Positions 28,644-37,844 of a stretch of 64,000 nucleotides of DNA are shown here, piece by piece; the stretch's first letter is position 1, and every line of letters begins with the position of its first letter. The notes beneath the pieces are model-generated. The model had not been told where the DNA came from. It was given only the letters and a program-made list of their open reading frames with translations, and did no database searches. A program made the translations under genes and the position numbers. Source of the DNA: Myxococcota bacterium (GTDB lineage Bacteria > Myxococcota_A > Polyangia > Nannocystales > Nannocystaceae). The DNA is taken from assembly GCA_039028615.1 (NCBI GenBank), contig JBCCHT010000041.1, positions 44,132 to 108,131 on the forward strand, written 5' to 3'.

Positions 28644-29324
28644 GTGGCGACACGCATGCAGTGGGGACGCTCGGCCCTGGCCTTCGCGATGATGGCCGGC
28701 AGCGTCTCCGCCTGCGATGAACCCGACGATCCCTGGGCCCCCGAGCGCCTCGCCGAGATCGCCCGCGCCCGCGGCGACGCACAGGGGCACGAGCGCACCG
28801 GCGTCTACCAAGGGGAGTACTTCGCCATCGACTGCCCCTGCGAGGAGCTGGATCCCGCGCTCGACCTGTCGCTGTGCACCGCGCTCGACCAGCTCGGCAC
28901 GCTGGGGCTCCCGGGTACCGTGCAGATCGAGCTGATCGAGGCCGACGGTCAGGTACGGCTGGCCACCCCCGATCTCGTGCTCGAAGGCGTGGTCAACGAG
29001 GGGTTGGTGCCGATCTACTGGGGTCCGATCGACACCGAGGGGCAGCTCCAGGGCGCGGGCATGCTCGAGGTCAACAGCCTGCTGGCGCGGGGCCGCGTGC
29101 AGGGCCTGGCCGAAGGGCAGGTCTTCGAAGACCAGCTCCAGCTCGAGATCCGGCAGCGCTACGCGCTCCAGACCGAGGTCAGCCTCGGCGCCGACGAGCC
29201 GCTGACGGTCGAGCGCTTCGAGTGCGAGGAGCACATCAGCTTCGACCTCCAGTGGGATCGCCTCCCGACCCCCACCGACGACGACGGCGAGCCGGACGGC
29301 GGCGGAACGGGCGACGGCGACTGA
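28644..29324 (+). CDS. Hypothetical lipoprotein
   Basis: AMMAGSVSAC lipobox; beta-rich body; alternative ATG at 28656. Confidence 0.75.
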   Translation: MATRMQWGRSALAFAMMAGSVSACDEPDDPWAPERLAEIARARGDAQGHERTGVYQGEYFAIDCPCEELDPALDLSLCTALDQLGTLGLPGTVQIELIEADGQVRLATPDLVLEGVVNEGLVPIYWGPIDTEGQLQGAGMLEVNSLLARGRVQGLAEGQVFEDQLQLEIRQRYALQTEVSLGADEPLTVERFECEEHISFDLQWDRLPTPTDDDGEPDGGGTGDGD

Positions 29325-29364
29325 GCGCCGCCGTCGAGTCCATTCGGAAGACCCGGGCCGACCG

Positions 29365-31305
29365 TCAGTGGGCCAGCGTCACGACCCGCGCCACGCCGAT
29401 GGCGTTGTCGGTCTTGGGCACCTCGACCGTCGTCCGGAACACCACGTGGGAGCCATCGGGGGTGAGGCGGGGCGAGTCGTCGGGATGCGGGTTGCGGGTG
29501 AGCACCTGCACCGAGCCTCCGTCGGTGGGCACCACGATGACCTCGGAGTCGCCCGGCTCGTTGGAGTCGTACATGCCGCCGTTGGCCACCGCGGCCAGCC
29601 ACTTGCCGTCGTTCGACACGTGCAGCGACGAGACGCGACCTTCATGGGTCAGGGCCGTGGCCTGGATCTCGTTGGAGTCGAGGTCGATGACCGCGGGCAG
29701 GCCACGCTCCTCCCGGCTGGGCGGAGGCGGGGGTTCGTAGGCCGGTGCCAACAACGTGGGATCGACCGGCTCTTCCTCGACCTCGGCCGAGGCCTCGGCC
29801 ACCGGGGGTGACGCGAACAGCTCGGGCAGGCTGGCGGGAAGCTCGAGGCGATAGGCCTTGCTGGGTCGCGAGCCCGTGGTCACCACGATGACCGGCGAGT
29901 CGCCGCGCCGTCCCACCGCGAGGTCGTTGAGCTTGCTGGCGTTCTCGAACACGGTCGAGGGCAACGCGAGCACCTTCAGCGGGGTCTGCGTGTCGAACAG
30001 GAACACGCGCGCGCCCTCGTAGCCGCGACCCAGCGCCACCAAGTAGCGGTCGCTGGCCCAGGCCACGCGCTCGAGCTCGATGCCGTCGAGCATGCCGAGC
30101 ATCAGCTCGTTGTCCTGGCCCGGCGTGACCACGCTGACCACCGCCTGACCGCTCGCCATGCCGACCAAGGCCACCTGGCCATGGCCGGCGGGTTCGGGCC
30201 GACCGAGCCCGGGCGCCACCGACTTGAGGGCCCCTTGGGCCTTCCAGGGGCAGCTGCCCTGTGCGGCGGTGTCGAGGGTGAACACCTCGAGTCCGCGGGC
30301 ATAGGTCTTGACGATGAGCGAGGCCCCGTCGTCGCCGAAGTAGTACTTCGGCGCGTCGCTGAGCGGCAGCTCGCCGCCGAACAGCGCCTTGCAGGCCTCA
30401 CGCTCGGCGGCCTCGGCCCCCGGCTTGCCGACCCACATGCGGTCCTGCTCGTCCTCGTCGATCCACGCGCGCAGAGCATCGCGAGTCCTGACGTGATGCT
30501 GGCGACCGATGGACAGCACGGCGCCGTTGGCCAGCGGGAACGCGACGCCCTGCTCGAGCGGGGCTCCCACGGTGGTGGGCTTGGGCTCCCCCCGCTCCTT
30601 GTCACCGAGCTCCCGCCGCACGCCCATGAGGACCTTGTCGGCGAGTGCCTCGGCCTGCGGCACCTTGGCGAGGTGATCGAGCGCGTCGCGGAGACCATCG
30701 CGGAGCTGGATGGCGGCGATGGACGCCCCTTCGGCGTCGGGCAGCGCCTCGGCGAGCTTCGGCTGAGCGAACAGGGCCTGCAGCACGACCGCCAGCGATC
30801 CCTCGAGCACGCCCTTGCCCTCGGGGTTGACCGTCATGACGTGCGGGAAGGCGAAGTCACCCACCGACAGCACGGCGAAGCGCACGTGGTCGGGCATGGG
30901 CTGGACCTCTTCGATGTCGAGCGGGGAGAAGTCGACGCCCTGCGGCTTCTCGAAGATCACGTAGCCGTAGCCGAAGCGATCGGCCAACGCCATGATCGAC
31001 TCGATACCGTCGGTCTCGAGGTCGGGCACCTCGTCGCGGGCCTTGAGCTGCCAGGCCTCGAAGGTGCTCAGCTCGAGCTCGAAGCCCACGTCGCGCAGCG
31101 CCAGGCCCAGGTTCTTGTTGGTGCCCACATAGAGCACCTTGGTCGCGCTCTCGGGGTTGCCCGTCCCTTGCTTACGAAGGAAGAAGAACCAGCCCGCGGC
31201 CCCCAGGGCCAAGCCGAGCAACAACAACAGGGTGATGACCTTGCCGCGGCTGCTTCGTTGCAGCGCCTCGAGATCCGACCGTGAGCCCAGCTCTACGTCC
31301 GCCAT
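29365..31305 (-). CDS. Membrane-anchored hypothetical protein with C-terminal TolB/PD40-like propeller repeats
   Basis: N-terminal TM helix; VSNDGKWLA and DSPRLTPDGSHVVF PD40-like repeats. Confidence 0.75.
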   Translation of the reverse strand: MADVELGSRSDLEALQRSSRGKVITLLLLLGLALGAAGWFFFLRKQGTGNPESATKVLYVGTNKNLGLALRDVGFELELSTFEAWQLKARDEVPDLETDGIESIMALADRFGYGYVIFEKPQGVDFSPLDIEEVQPMPDHVRFAVLSVGDFAFPHVMTVNPEGKGVLEGSLAVVLQALFAQPKLAEALPDAEGASIAAIQLRDGLRDALDHLAKVPQAEALADKVLMGVRRELGDKERGEPKPTTVGAPLEQGVAFPLANGAVLSIGRQHHVRTRDALRAWIDEDEQDRMWVGKPGAEAAEREACKALFGGELPLSDAPKYYFGDDGASLIVKTYARGLEVFTLDTAAQGSCPWKAQGALKSVAPGLGRPEPAGHGQVALVGMASGQAVVSVVTPGQDNELMLGMLDGIELERVAWASDRYLVALGRGYEGARVFLFDTQTPLKVLALPSTVFENASKLNDLAVGRRGDSPVIVVTTGSRPSKAYRLELPASLPELFASPPVAEASAEVEEEPVDPTLLAPAYEPPPPPSREERGLPAVIDLDSNEIQATALTHEGRVSSLHVSNDGKWLAAVANGGMYDSNEPGDSEVIVVPTDGGSVQVLTRNPHPDDSPRLTPDGSHVVFRTTVEVPKTDNAIGVARVVTLAH

Positions 31306-31522
31306 ACGGCCCACACCATCGCACAGATCGCAACGTCCGCCAGCCACTGGACAGTGGCTGATCTGGGCCGATGACCGCAATGACCCCACCACGAGCCATC
31401 GGCGGCCCTTGGGCGCTGGCGCTTACCGCGAATCGGCCATGGGGGCGGCCACGATGCCGGCAACGGGCACGGTCTCACCGCGCGACGTCACCGAGTCGCG
31501 ACCCCGCACCGGTCGCAACGGT

Positions 31523-32425
31523 TCAGCCCGAAACGGCGGCTCGGATCCCGTTGGCGATGATCCCCAGCCCCTGCCCGACCGGCGGCAAGGCACCGCGATC
31601 TCGTTGGGCGATCCATCGCGGATGGCTCTCGGGATAGAGGTACGCCTCGGGGTGCGGCATCAAGCCGAACACGCGCCCGGTGGCGTCGCACAGCCCGGCG
31701 AGGCCTCCCCCCGAGCCGTTGGGGTTGTCGGGCCAGGCTTCGGTGGGCTCGCCGTCGGCGTCGACGTAGCGCACGGGAGCGAGGTGCTCGGCGAGCACCC
31801 GAGACCGCGTCGGCTCGTCCGCGAAGATCAGCTTGCCCTCACCGTGGCGGCTGGGCACCTCGAGCGGGACCCCGGTGCTGCCGCGCGTGAACACGCAGGG
31901 GCTCTGCGGGTCGACGGCCAGGCGGACCCAGGCGTTGCGATAGCCGAGCCGGTCGTTGTGCACGAGCGAAGCCTGCTGCGGGGCGAGGCCCTGCCCCGGC
32001 TCGCGATCGAAGGCGGGAAGCAAGCCGAGCTTTACGATCGTCTGGAAGCCGTTGCAGATCCCGAGCACCAAGCCGCCGTCGTCGACGAAGCGAGCGAGGC
32101 GATCCCCGAGGCGGAAGCGAAGTCGGTTGGCGAACACTCGCCCCGACGCGATGTGATCGCCAAAGGAGAAGCCGCCCACGAACACCAGCAAGCCGGCCCC
32201 GTCGAGCGCAGCCCCGTTGCCCTCGAGCACATCGCCCACGTGCACGATGTCGGCCCGGGCTCCCGTCATGCGGATGCCGGCCGCGGTCTCGGCCTCGCAG
32301 TTGAGCCCGTACCCGGACAGGACGACGGCCCGAACATCCGCGGCGCCTTCGACCGCGGTCGGGTCGAAGTTCCACGGTCCTCGGTCCCAGGCGTGTGACT
32401 CGGCCAGCAGGGCGTGCTCGCTCAT
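31523..32425 (-). CDS. purQ: Phosphoribosylformylglycinamidine synthase, glutaminase subunit
   Basis: GLNCEAET, GGFSFGD, LGICNGFQ (catalytic Cys), HGEG, NPNGS, GLMPHPE. Confidence 0.94.
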   Translation of the reverse strand: MSEHALLAESHAWDRGPWNFDPTAVEGAADVRAVVLSGYGLNCEAETAAGIRMTGARADIVHVGDVLEGNGAALDGAGLLVFVGGFSFGDHIASGRVFANRLRFRLGDRLARFVDDGGLVLGICNGFQTIVKLGLLPAFDREPGQGLAPQQASLVHNDRLGYRNAWVRLAVDPQSPCVFTRGSTGVPLEVPSRHGEGKLIFADEPTRSRVLAEHLAPVRYVDADGEPTEAWPDNPNGSGGGLAGLCDATGRVFGLMPHPEAYLYPESHPRWIAQRDRGALPPVGQGLGIIANGIRAAVSG

Positions 32426-32452
32426 CGCGGGCGAAGCTACACCATCTGCTCG

Positions 32453-33250
32453 CTACTCGCCGGTGGTCCCGGTCGCGCCGCCGCCGGTCTCTTCGCCGCC
32501 GGTTTCCTCGCCACCGGAGCCGCCGTCGTCGTCGGTCATGATGTCCGCGCACTTGACCGGGAACATCTCGGGACGCTCCGACGAGTCGGCGAGGCGAATC
32601 GCCGCGAAGGTGGAGCCCTCCAGCGAGGCCTGAATCGGGGAGAGCACGTCTCCCGTCACGGCGCCGCACCACGCGTTTTCGCCGCGGATCGTGCCTTGGA
32701 GCGTGAGATTCGCGGTGATGTCGGACCCGGTAATCGGGTTGGCCATGCCGGTGACATTCGTCTCGCCGAAGTCGACCATGAACGATCCCCCGGTGGCCGT
32801 GGTGTCGACGACGATGGGATCACCGACGGGCTCGCGCGGCGCGGTCGTGCTGCCGACCTCGAGGGACAGCGGCTGGAACGAGATGTTGACCGGACCGTCG
32901 CCGGTCGACTCGTCGAGCGTCGCTTCGACGTCGGCGACGAACTGCAGGGGCAAGCCGGGCGCGATCGACGTTTCGAGCGCGAGCAAGTAGACCCCGGTGA
33001 TGTCCGGGAAGACCTGGCCACCCTCGCCAAAGTCCATCGGCGGCAGGTCGAGCCGGGGCTCGGGGCGGTCGCGGTCGTCTTCCGTCTGCTCGTTGAACGA
33101 GTTGTACTTGCCCTCGGCATCCGGGCTCGGACAGCCGGTGGCCAGGCCCAAACAGCACAGGCCGCCCAACACGGCACCCCATCGGCCCCGAGCGGGGAAC
33201 GAAGCGTGGCGAGAACCGGTGGAGCGCTGGTGGAACTGGGTGTTCGTCAT
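32453..33250 (-). CDS. Hypothetical lipoprotein (beta-rich)
   Basis: LGLATGC lipobox; beta-strand-rich body; Gly/Thr/Glu tail. Confidence 0.78.
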   Translation of the reverse strand: MTNTQFHQRSTGSRHASFPARGRWGAVLGGLCCLGLATGCPSPDAEGKYNSFNEQTEDDRDRPEPRLDLPPMDFGEGGQVFPDITGVYLLALETSIAPGLPLQFVADVEATLDESTGDGPVNISFQPLSLEVGSTTAPREPVGDPIVVDTTATGGSFMVDFGETNVTGMANPITGSDITANLTLQGTIRGENAWCGAVTGDVLSPIQASLEGSTFAAIRLADSSERPEMFPVKCADIMTDDDGGSGGEETGGEETGGGATGTTGE

Positions 33251-33442
33251 GCGAAGTGAGATCCCCGGGTCGGACCCGTCGTGCGTGCAGTTGGCGGGAC
33301 GTCGGTTTTTTGCGAAGCTGACGTCCCGTCGCCGGTCGGCACAGTGTAGAGCCCCCGACCCGGAGACGACAAGCACCTGCCGGAGCATCGCCCGGCAACG
33401 CAACCGCAAAGACCGAGGCCAGAGCCAGTGAGGACGTCGCGG

Positions 33443-34924
33443 ATGAGTCGAAAGACGAACATGGGGATCGAGTGGGGGCTAGGCCTTTGTGCCGCCCTCT
33501 TGGTGGGATCGTGGGCCACGGACGCATCGGCGTCCGGCTTCTCTGCTGCCCGTTTCGGCGGCGAGCATGGTCACCCCACCACCGACAACGCCACGGCGAT
33601 CTATTACAACCCAGCGGGTATAGCGCTATCGAAGGGCACGCACGTGTTCGTCGACGCGACGACCGTGCTGCGTTGGGCGAGCTACGAACGGCCCGCCTCC
33701 GCCATCAACGATCCGATGGGAGCCGAGGCCGCTCCCGGTGCCAACGACGGCAAAGCGACCCTGTTCAACGGGATCGCAGCGCCCTTCGCCGGCGTCACCT
33801 CGGACTTCGGCACCGACTTCATCTACGGCGGTCTGGCCGTGTACTTCCCCTTCGGCGGCTCCGCCGTGTGGGATCAAAACCCGGCCTACTCGGGCAGCGA
33901 GACCTACCCCGGGGCGGTCGACGGCACGCAGCGCTGGTACTCCATCGACGGCACCATCCGCTCGATGTACGTGACCGGTGCGCTCGGCTTCAACATCCGC
34001 AAGATCGGCCTGAGCCTCGGCGTCAGCGGTAGTGCGATCCGAAGCGAGGTCGTCACCATCCGTGCCCGCAACACCGACGGCACCGACGACCTCGTCGACC
34101 CCAACGGCAACCTCAAAGAGGGCCGCAGCTACATCGACGTCAACGGTTGGCAGGGTGGCTTCGCGGTGGGTGCCGTCTACAACGTGCTCGCCCGCGACAA
34201 GCCCGAGGACAAGCACAAGGTCTGGATCGGAGCGTCGTACACCAGCCAGCCCAACGTGGTCGGCGGCATGACGCTCACCGGCGATCTCAACAACACGCTT
34301 GCCCTCGCCGACCCGGCCGTCACGCCCGTCGAGCTCACCCAGACGCTGCCCGACATCGTTCGCCTCGGCGTCCGTTACCGACCGATCGACAAGGTCGAGC
34401 TCCGCCTCTTCGGCGACTACACGCGCTGGTCCGTCTTCGACAAGCAGTGCGTGCTCGACTCGAGCGTCGACGGCCGAAGCTGCGAGTTCGACAACGAGGA
34501 CACCGCCCTCGACGACCCCGAGAACTTCGGCGGCGCGGGTGATGGAGTCGTCGGCGTCACCCAGCACCTTCCGCGCTACTGGAAGGACGGCGGCGGCGTC
34601 CGCATCGGCGGCAGCTACTGGGTCCTGCCCCAGCTCGAGATCTACTTGGGTACCGGCTTCGACTCCACCGCCGTGCCCGTGCAGACCCTCGACGCTGCCC
34701 TGATGGACATGAACAAGGTCAGTGCCTCGGCCGGTACCCGCTGGCAGATCATCAAGCACCTGGCCGTGTCCCTCACCTCCACCTCGCTGTTCTTCTTCGA
34801 GGTCGACACCGCCGGCGACAACGCGCTCAACGAGTTCCAGTCGCCGACCCGGCAGCCCAGCGCCGAGGGCGTGTACAACCAGTTCTTCCAGCTGTTCAAC
34901 GTCTACGTCGACGTCAGCTTCTAG
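33443..34924 (+). CDS. FadL/OmpP1/TodX-family outer-membrane transporter
   Basis: Signal peptide, then SGF...DNATAIYYNPAG hatch motif, YFPFG, LPDIVRLG, DYTRWSVF and a terminal Phe; GAGGA RBS before ATG 33443. Confidence 0.88.
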   Translation: MSRKTNMGIEWGLGLCAALLVGSWATDASASGFSAARFGGEHGHPTTDNATAIYYNPAGIALSKGTHVFVDATTVLRWASYERPASAINDPMGAEAAPGANDGKATLFNGIAAPFAGVTSDFGTDFIYGGLAVYFPFGGSAVWDQNPAYSGSETYPGAVDGTQRWYSIDGTIRSMYVTGALGFNIRKIGLSLGVSGSAIRSEVVTIRARNTDGTDDLVDPNGNLKEGRSYIDVNGWQGGFAVGAVYNVLARDKPEDKHKVWIGASYTSQPNVVGGMTLTGDLNNTLALADPAVTPVELTQTLPDIVRLGVRYRPIDKVELRLFGDYTRWSVFDKQCVLDSSVDGRSCEFDNEDTALDDPENFGGAGDGVVGVTQHLPRYWKDGGGVRIGGSYWVLPQLEIYLGTGFDSTAVPVQTLDAALMDMNKVSASAGTRWQIIKHLAVSLTSTSLFFFEVDTAGDNALNEFQSPTRQPSAEGVYNQFFQLFNVYVDVSF

Positions 34925-34956
34925 GACACCGCTCGCCACGGGCGAGCGAACGCGAC

Positions 34957-34989
34957 GATGGCCGTCACCCCGCTGGGGCGACGGCCATC
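34957..34989. terminator. Hairpin between the convergent FadL and peptidase genes
   Basis: GATGGCCGTCACCCC-GCT-GGGGCGACGGCCATC followed by TTCGTTTGT. Confidence 0.7.
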
Positions 34990-35020
34990 TTCGTTTGTGG
35001 GGTGGAGCCTCGTCGGGCCT

Positions 35021-37822
35021 TCAGGGGCCCGAGGGCGTCTCTGCGGCGGGCTTCGGCTCCGCCGTGGGTGCGGCGGGCTTGGGCTCCGCCGCGGGCTTGG
35101 GCTCCGCGGCCTTGGGCTCGCCCGCGGGCTTGGGCTCGCCCGCGGGCTTGGGCTCTTCCTTGGGCTTGGGCTCTTCCTTGGCCTTCGGCTCGCCCGCCGC
35201 CTGGTCCTCGCCCTTGGCCTTCGGCTCCTCGGTGGGCGTCTTGACCGGCTCGGAGGGCGTGTCCGCCAGGGCGACCGGGGCGGGCTTCTTGCCGCCGCTC
35301 GGCTCGGCGTTCTTCACATGCGCATCGAACCAGTCGAAGGACTCGGCGAGCACGTGCAGCACCGACTCTCGGGCGGAGTACCCGTGCGACTCGCCCGGGA
35401 GCATGACCAACCGAGCGGTGCCGCCGTTGCCCTCGAGCGCCCGGAACAGCCGCCGCGACTGCAGCGGATAGGTCCCCGAGTTGTTGTCGACCTCGCCGTG
35501 CACCATCAGCAGCGGCTCGTCGATCTTGTGGGCGGCGAATAGCGGCGAGACGGTGACGTAGGTGTCGGTGGCCTCCCACAGCGTGCGGCGCTCGCTCTGG
35601 AAGCCAAAGGGCGTCAGGCTGCGGTTGTAGGCGCCCGAGCGGGCAATGCCGGCGCGGAACAGGTCGCTGTGGGCGAGCAGGTTGGCGGTCATGAACGCGC
35701 CGTACGAGTGACCGGCCACGCCCACGCGGTCCCGATCGGCGGCGCCCGACTCCACGGCGGCATCGATGGCCGCCTCGGCCGACCACACCACCTGGTCGAT
35801 GAAGTTGTCGTTCATCGTCTCAGGCTCGCCCACGATGGGCATGGCGGCGTTGCTGAGCACCGCATAGCCCTGGGTCAGGAACATCAGCGGTGAGGTCCCG
35901 GCGAGGCGAGTGAACTTGCGCGGCGCGGCGCGGACCTGGCCCGCGGTGTCGCCGTCGTTGTACTCGAGCGGATAGGCCCAGATGACCAGCGGCAGCCGCT
36001 GTCCCTCTTCGTAGTCGGGCGGCAGGTACAGGGTGCCGGACAAGGGCACGCCGTCGCGCCGGGTGTAGCGGAGGATCTTCTTGCTGATGCCGGTCAGCTG
36101 CGGGTGCGGATCGGCCAGCTCGGTGATCTGCCGCGAGCCAGCGGCATCGTCGACGAAGAAGTTGGCCGGCGTCTGTGCCGACTCGCGACGCACGACGAAC
36201 GCGTCCCGCTTCTCTCCCACGAAGTCGATGAACTCGGCGTGCGACTCCCCCTCGGACTGCATCAGGCGCTGGGTGTTGCCCGTCGCCAGCTCGTAGCGGT
36301 CGAGGAAGGGCCGGTTGCCCTCGGGGCTGGCCCCGGCGCCGTCGAGGTAGATGTTGCCCTCGTGCACGATGACGACCTCGCTGCCGTCGGGCAGCACCTT
36401 GGTCACCGGGCTGCCCTGGTTGGCGTACACGTCGCGAGCGCTGCGATCGAAGAGCACCTTGGGCTCGAAGCTGGGGTCGTCGAGCTCGTGCAGCCGGGTG
36501 GTGAGCCAGCGACGGTCGCGGTCGTACTCCCGCACCAAGACCTGGCCGGAGCGCTCGGTCCACGACGCCCGCGACAGCCGATGCTGCACCCGCAGGCGCT
36601 CCTCGGGCGTGTCGGCAAAGGGCGCGGCGTGACTCATGAGCCGATCGCGATGCTCGACCTCCTTGCGCGGGTCACCGCCGTCGAGGGCCTCCGTCCACAC
36701 CAGGGTTGCCGGGCGCTTGGGCTGCCAATGCACCGCCCGCGGCCCGGTCCGCACGCCCTGGATGGGAATCTGGTCGGCGACGTCCTGGTCCGCGACGCGC
36801 CGCACCACCTTGGCCTTGGGGTCGAGAACCTCGATGACCCGCGGGAACCGGTAGTAGGGCACCGTGTAGGAGAAGGGCCGGCGAATCCGCTCGACGAGGA
36901 CGTACTGGCCGTCGGGCGAGGGGTCGGCCCCGCTGAGCAGCCCGGGGGCACCGAGCGTGCGCGTCTCCCCTTGCAGGTCGATGATCACCAGCTGGCTGGT
37001 GGCGAAGTGCTCGAAGGCGTCTTCGTCGGCCGCGTTGGCGAGCAAGTCCTGATAGGTGCGGTTTTGGGCGGCCTTGCCCGCGGTGTCCTGCACCACGGGC
37101 CCGCGCGGCACGGTGGGTCGGGCGGGCGGCGCCCCCAGGTCGGGCGGCACCTGCCGCACCAGCAGCGCCTGACTGCCGGGCATCCACACGAAGGGCGAGC
37201 CGAGGATGTCGTTGACCTGCAGCGTGCCCAGGCGCCGCGCCTTGCCGTCGGCGGCGCTGGCCACCCACAGCTCGAGGCCCGAGTTTCCGTCGCGCGTGAA
37301 GGCCAGGTGAGACCCGTCGGGCGACCAGATCGGCCAGGTGATCCGCGACCCGGCGGGCAGCGTGACGTCGACCTTGGCCCCCTCGCCGAGCGGCTCGAGG
37401 CTCACCGACGAGATCCATCGGGTACGGCGTCGAGCGTGGCGCTGGGCGTCGATGCGCATCCCGGCCAGGCGCTCGAAGGGCCGGGTCACCAGATCGATGC
37501 CGGGCAAGGCCTCGCGGGTGTACAGGCCGAGCCACTTGCCCTCCGGCGATACGCTGACGAGCGGAGTGGGCGGAGCGTCGACGATCTCGACGACGTCGGC
37601 GGAGGGCAGACGATATCCAGAGGCATGCACGGGGTCGGCTTGCTCCGAACGTTCACCGGGCGTCGTGGGCGACACGGGTCCGGGCGTAGGGGTGGCCTTC
37701 GCGGGCTTGGGCGCATCCTCGGGCGAGGGTGAGCTACACGCGATGGGCAGCAGCGAGAGGCCGCCTACGAGCCACCCGGCAACGCGCGTGACACTGGGAG
37801 TACGAGCACGAGATCCCGACAA
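35021..37822 (-). CDS. S9 family serine peptidase (glutamyl-endopeptidase-like) lipoprotein
   Basis: LLPIAC lipobox; propeller domain; WAYPLEY, GHSYG nucleophile, ARSGAYNRSLTPFGFQ, HGEVDNNSGT, ESHGY. Confidence 0.92.
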   Translation of the reverse strand: MSGSRARTPSVTRVAGWLVGGLSLLPIACSSPSPEDAPKPAKATPTPGPVSPTTPGERSEQADPVHASGYRLPSADVVEIVDAPPTPLVSVSPEGKWLGLYTREALPGIDLVTRPFERLAGMRIDAQRHARRRTRWISSVSLEPLGEGAKVDVTLPAGSRITWPIWSPDGSHLAFTRDGNSGLELWVASAADGKARRLGTLQVNDILGSPFVWMPGSQALLVRQVPPDLGAPPARPTVPRGPVVQDTAGKAAQNRTYQDLLANAADEDAFEHFATSQLVIIDLQGETRTLGAPGLLSGADPSPDGQYVLVERIRRPFSYTVPYYRFPRVIEVLDPKAKVVRRVADQDVADQIPIQGVRTGPRAVHWQPKRPATLVWTEALDGGDPRKEVEHRDRLMSHAAPFADTPEERLRVQHRLSRASWTERSGQVLVREYDRDRRWLTTRLHELDDPSFEPKVLFDRSARDVYANQGSPVTKVLPDGSEVVIVHEGNIYLDGAGASPEGNRPFLDRYELATGNTQRLMQSEGESHAEFIDFVGEKRDAFVVRRESAQTPANFFVDDAAGSRQITELADPHPQLTGISKKILRYTRRDGVPLSGTLYLPPDYEEGQRLPLVIWAYPLEYNDGDTAGQVRAAPRKFTRLAGTSPLMFLTQGYAVLSNAAMPIVGEPETMNDNFIDQVVWSAEAAIDAAVESGAADRDRVGVAGHSYGAFMTANLLAHSDLFRAGIARSGAYNRSLTPFGFQSERRTLWEATDTYVTVSPLFAAHKIDEPLLMVHGEVDNNSGTYPLQSRRLFRALEGNGGTARLVMLPGESHGYSARESVLHVLAESFDWFDAHVKNAEPSGGKKPAPVALADTPSEPVKTPTEEPKAKGEDQAAGEPKAKEEPKPKEEPKPAGEPKPAGEPKAAEPKPAAEPKPAAPTAEPKPAAETPSGP
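35040..35232 (-). repeat. Coding tandem repeat (mostly 18 bp) giving an (EPKxxx)n C-terminal tail
   Basis: Repeated GGGCTTGGGCTC units on the + strand; protein EPKAKE EPKPKE EPKPAG EPKPAG EPKAA EPKPAA. Confidence 0.85.
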
Positions 37823-37844
37823 TGTCGGCGAAGAATACCAGGTT

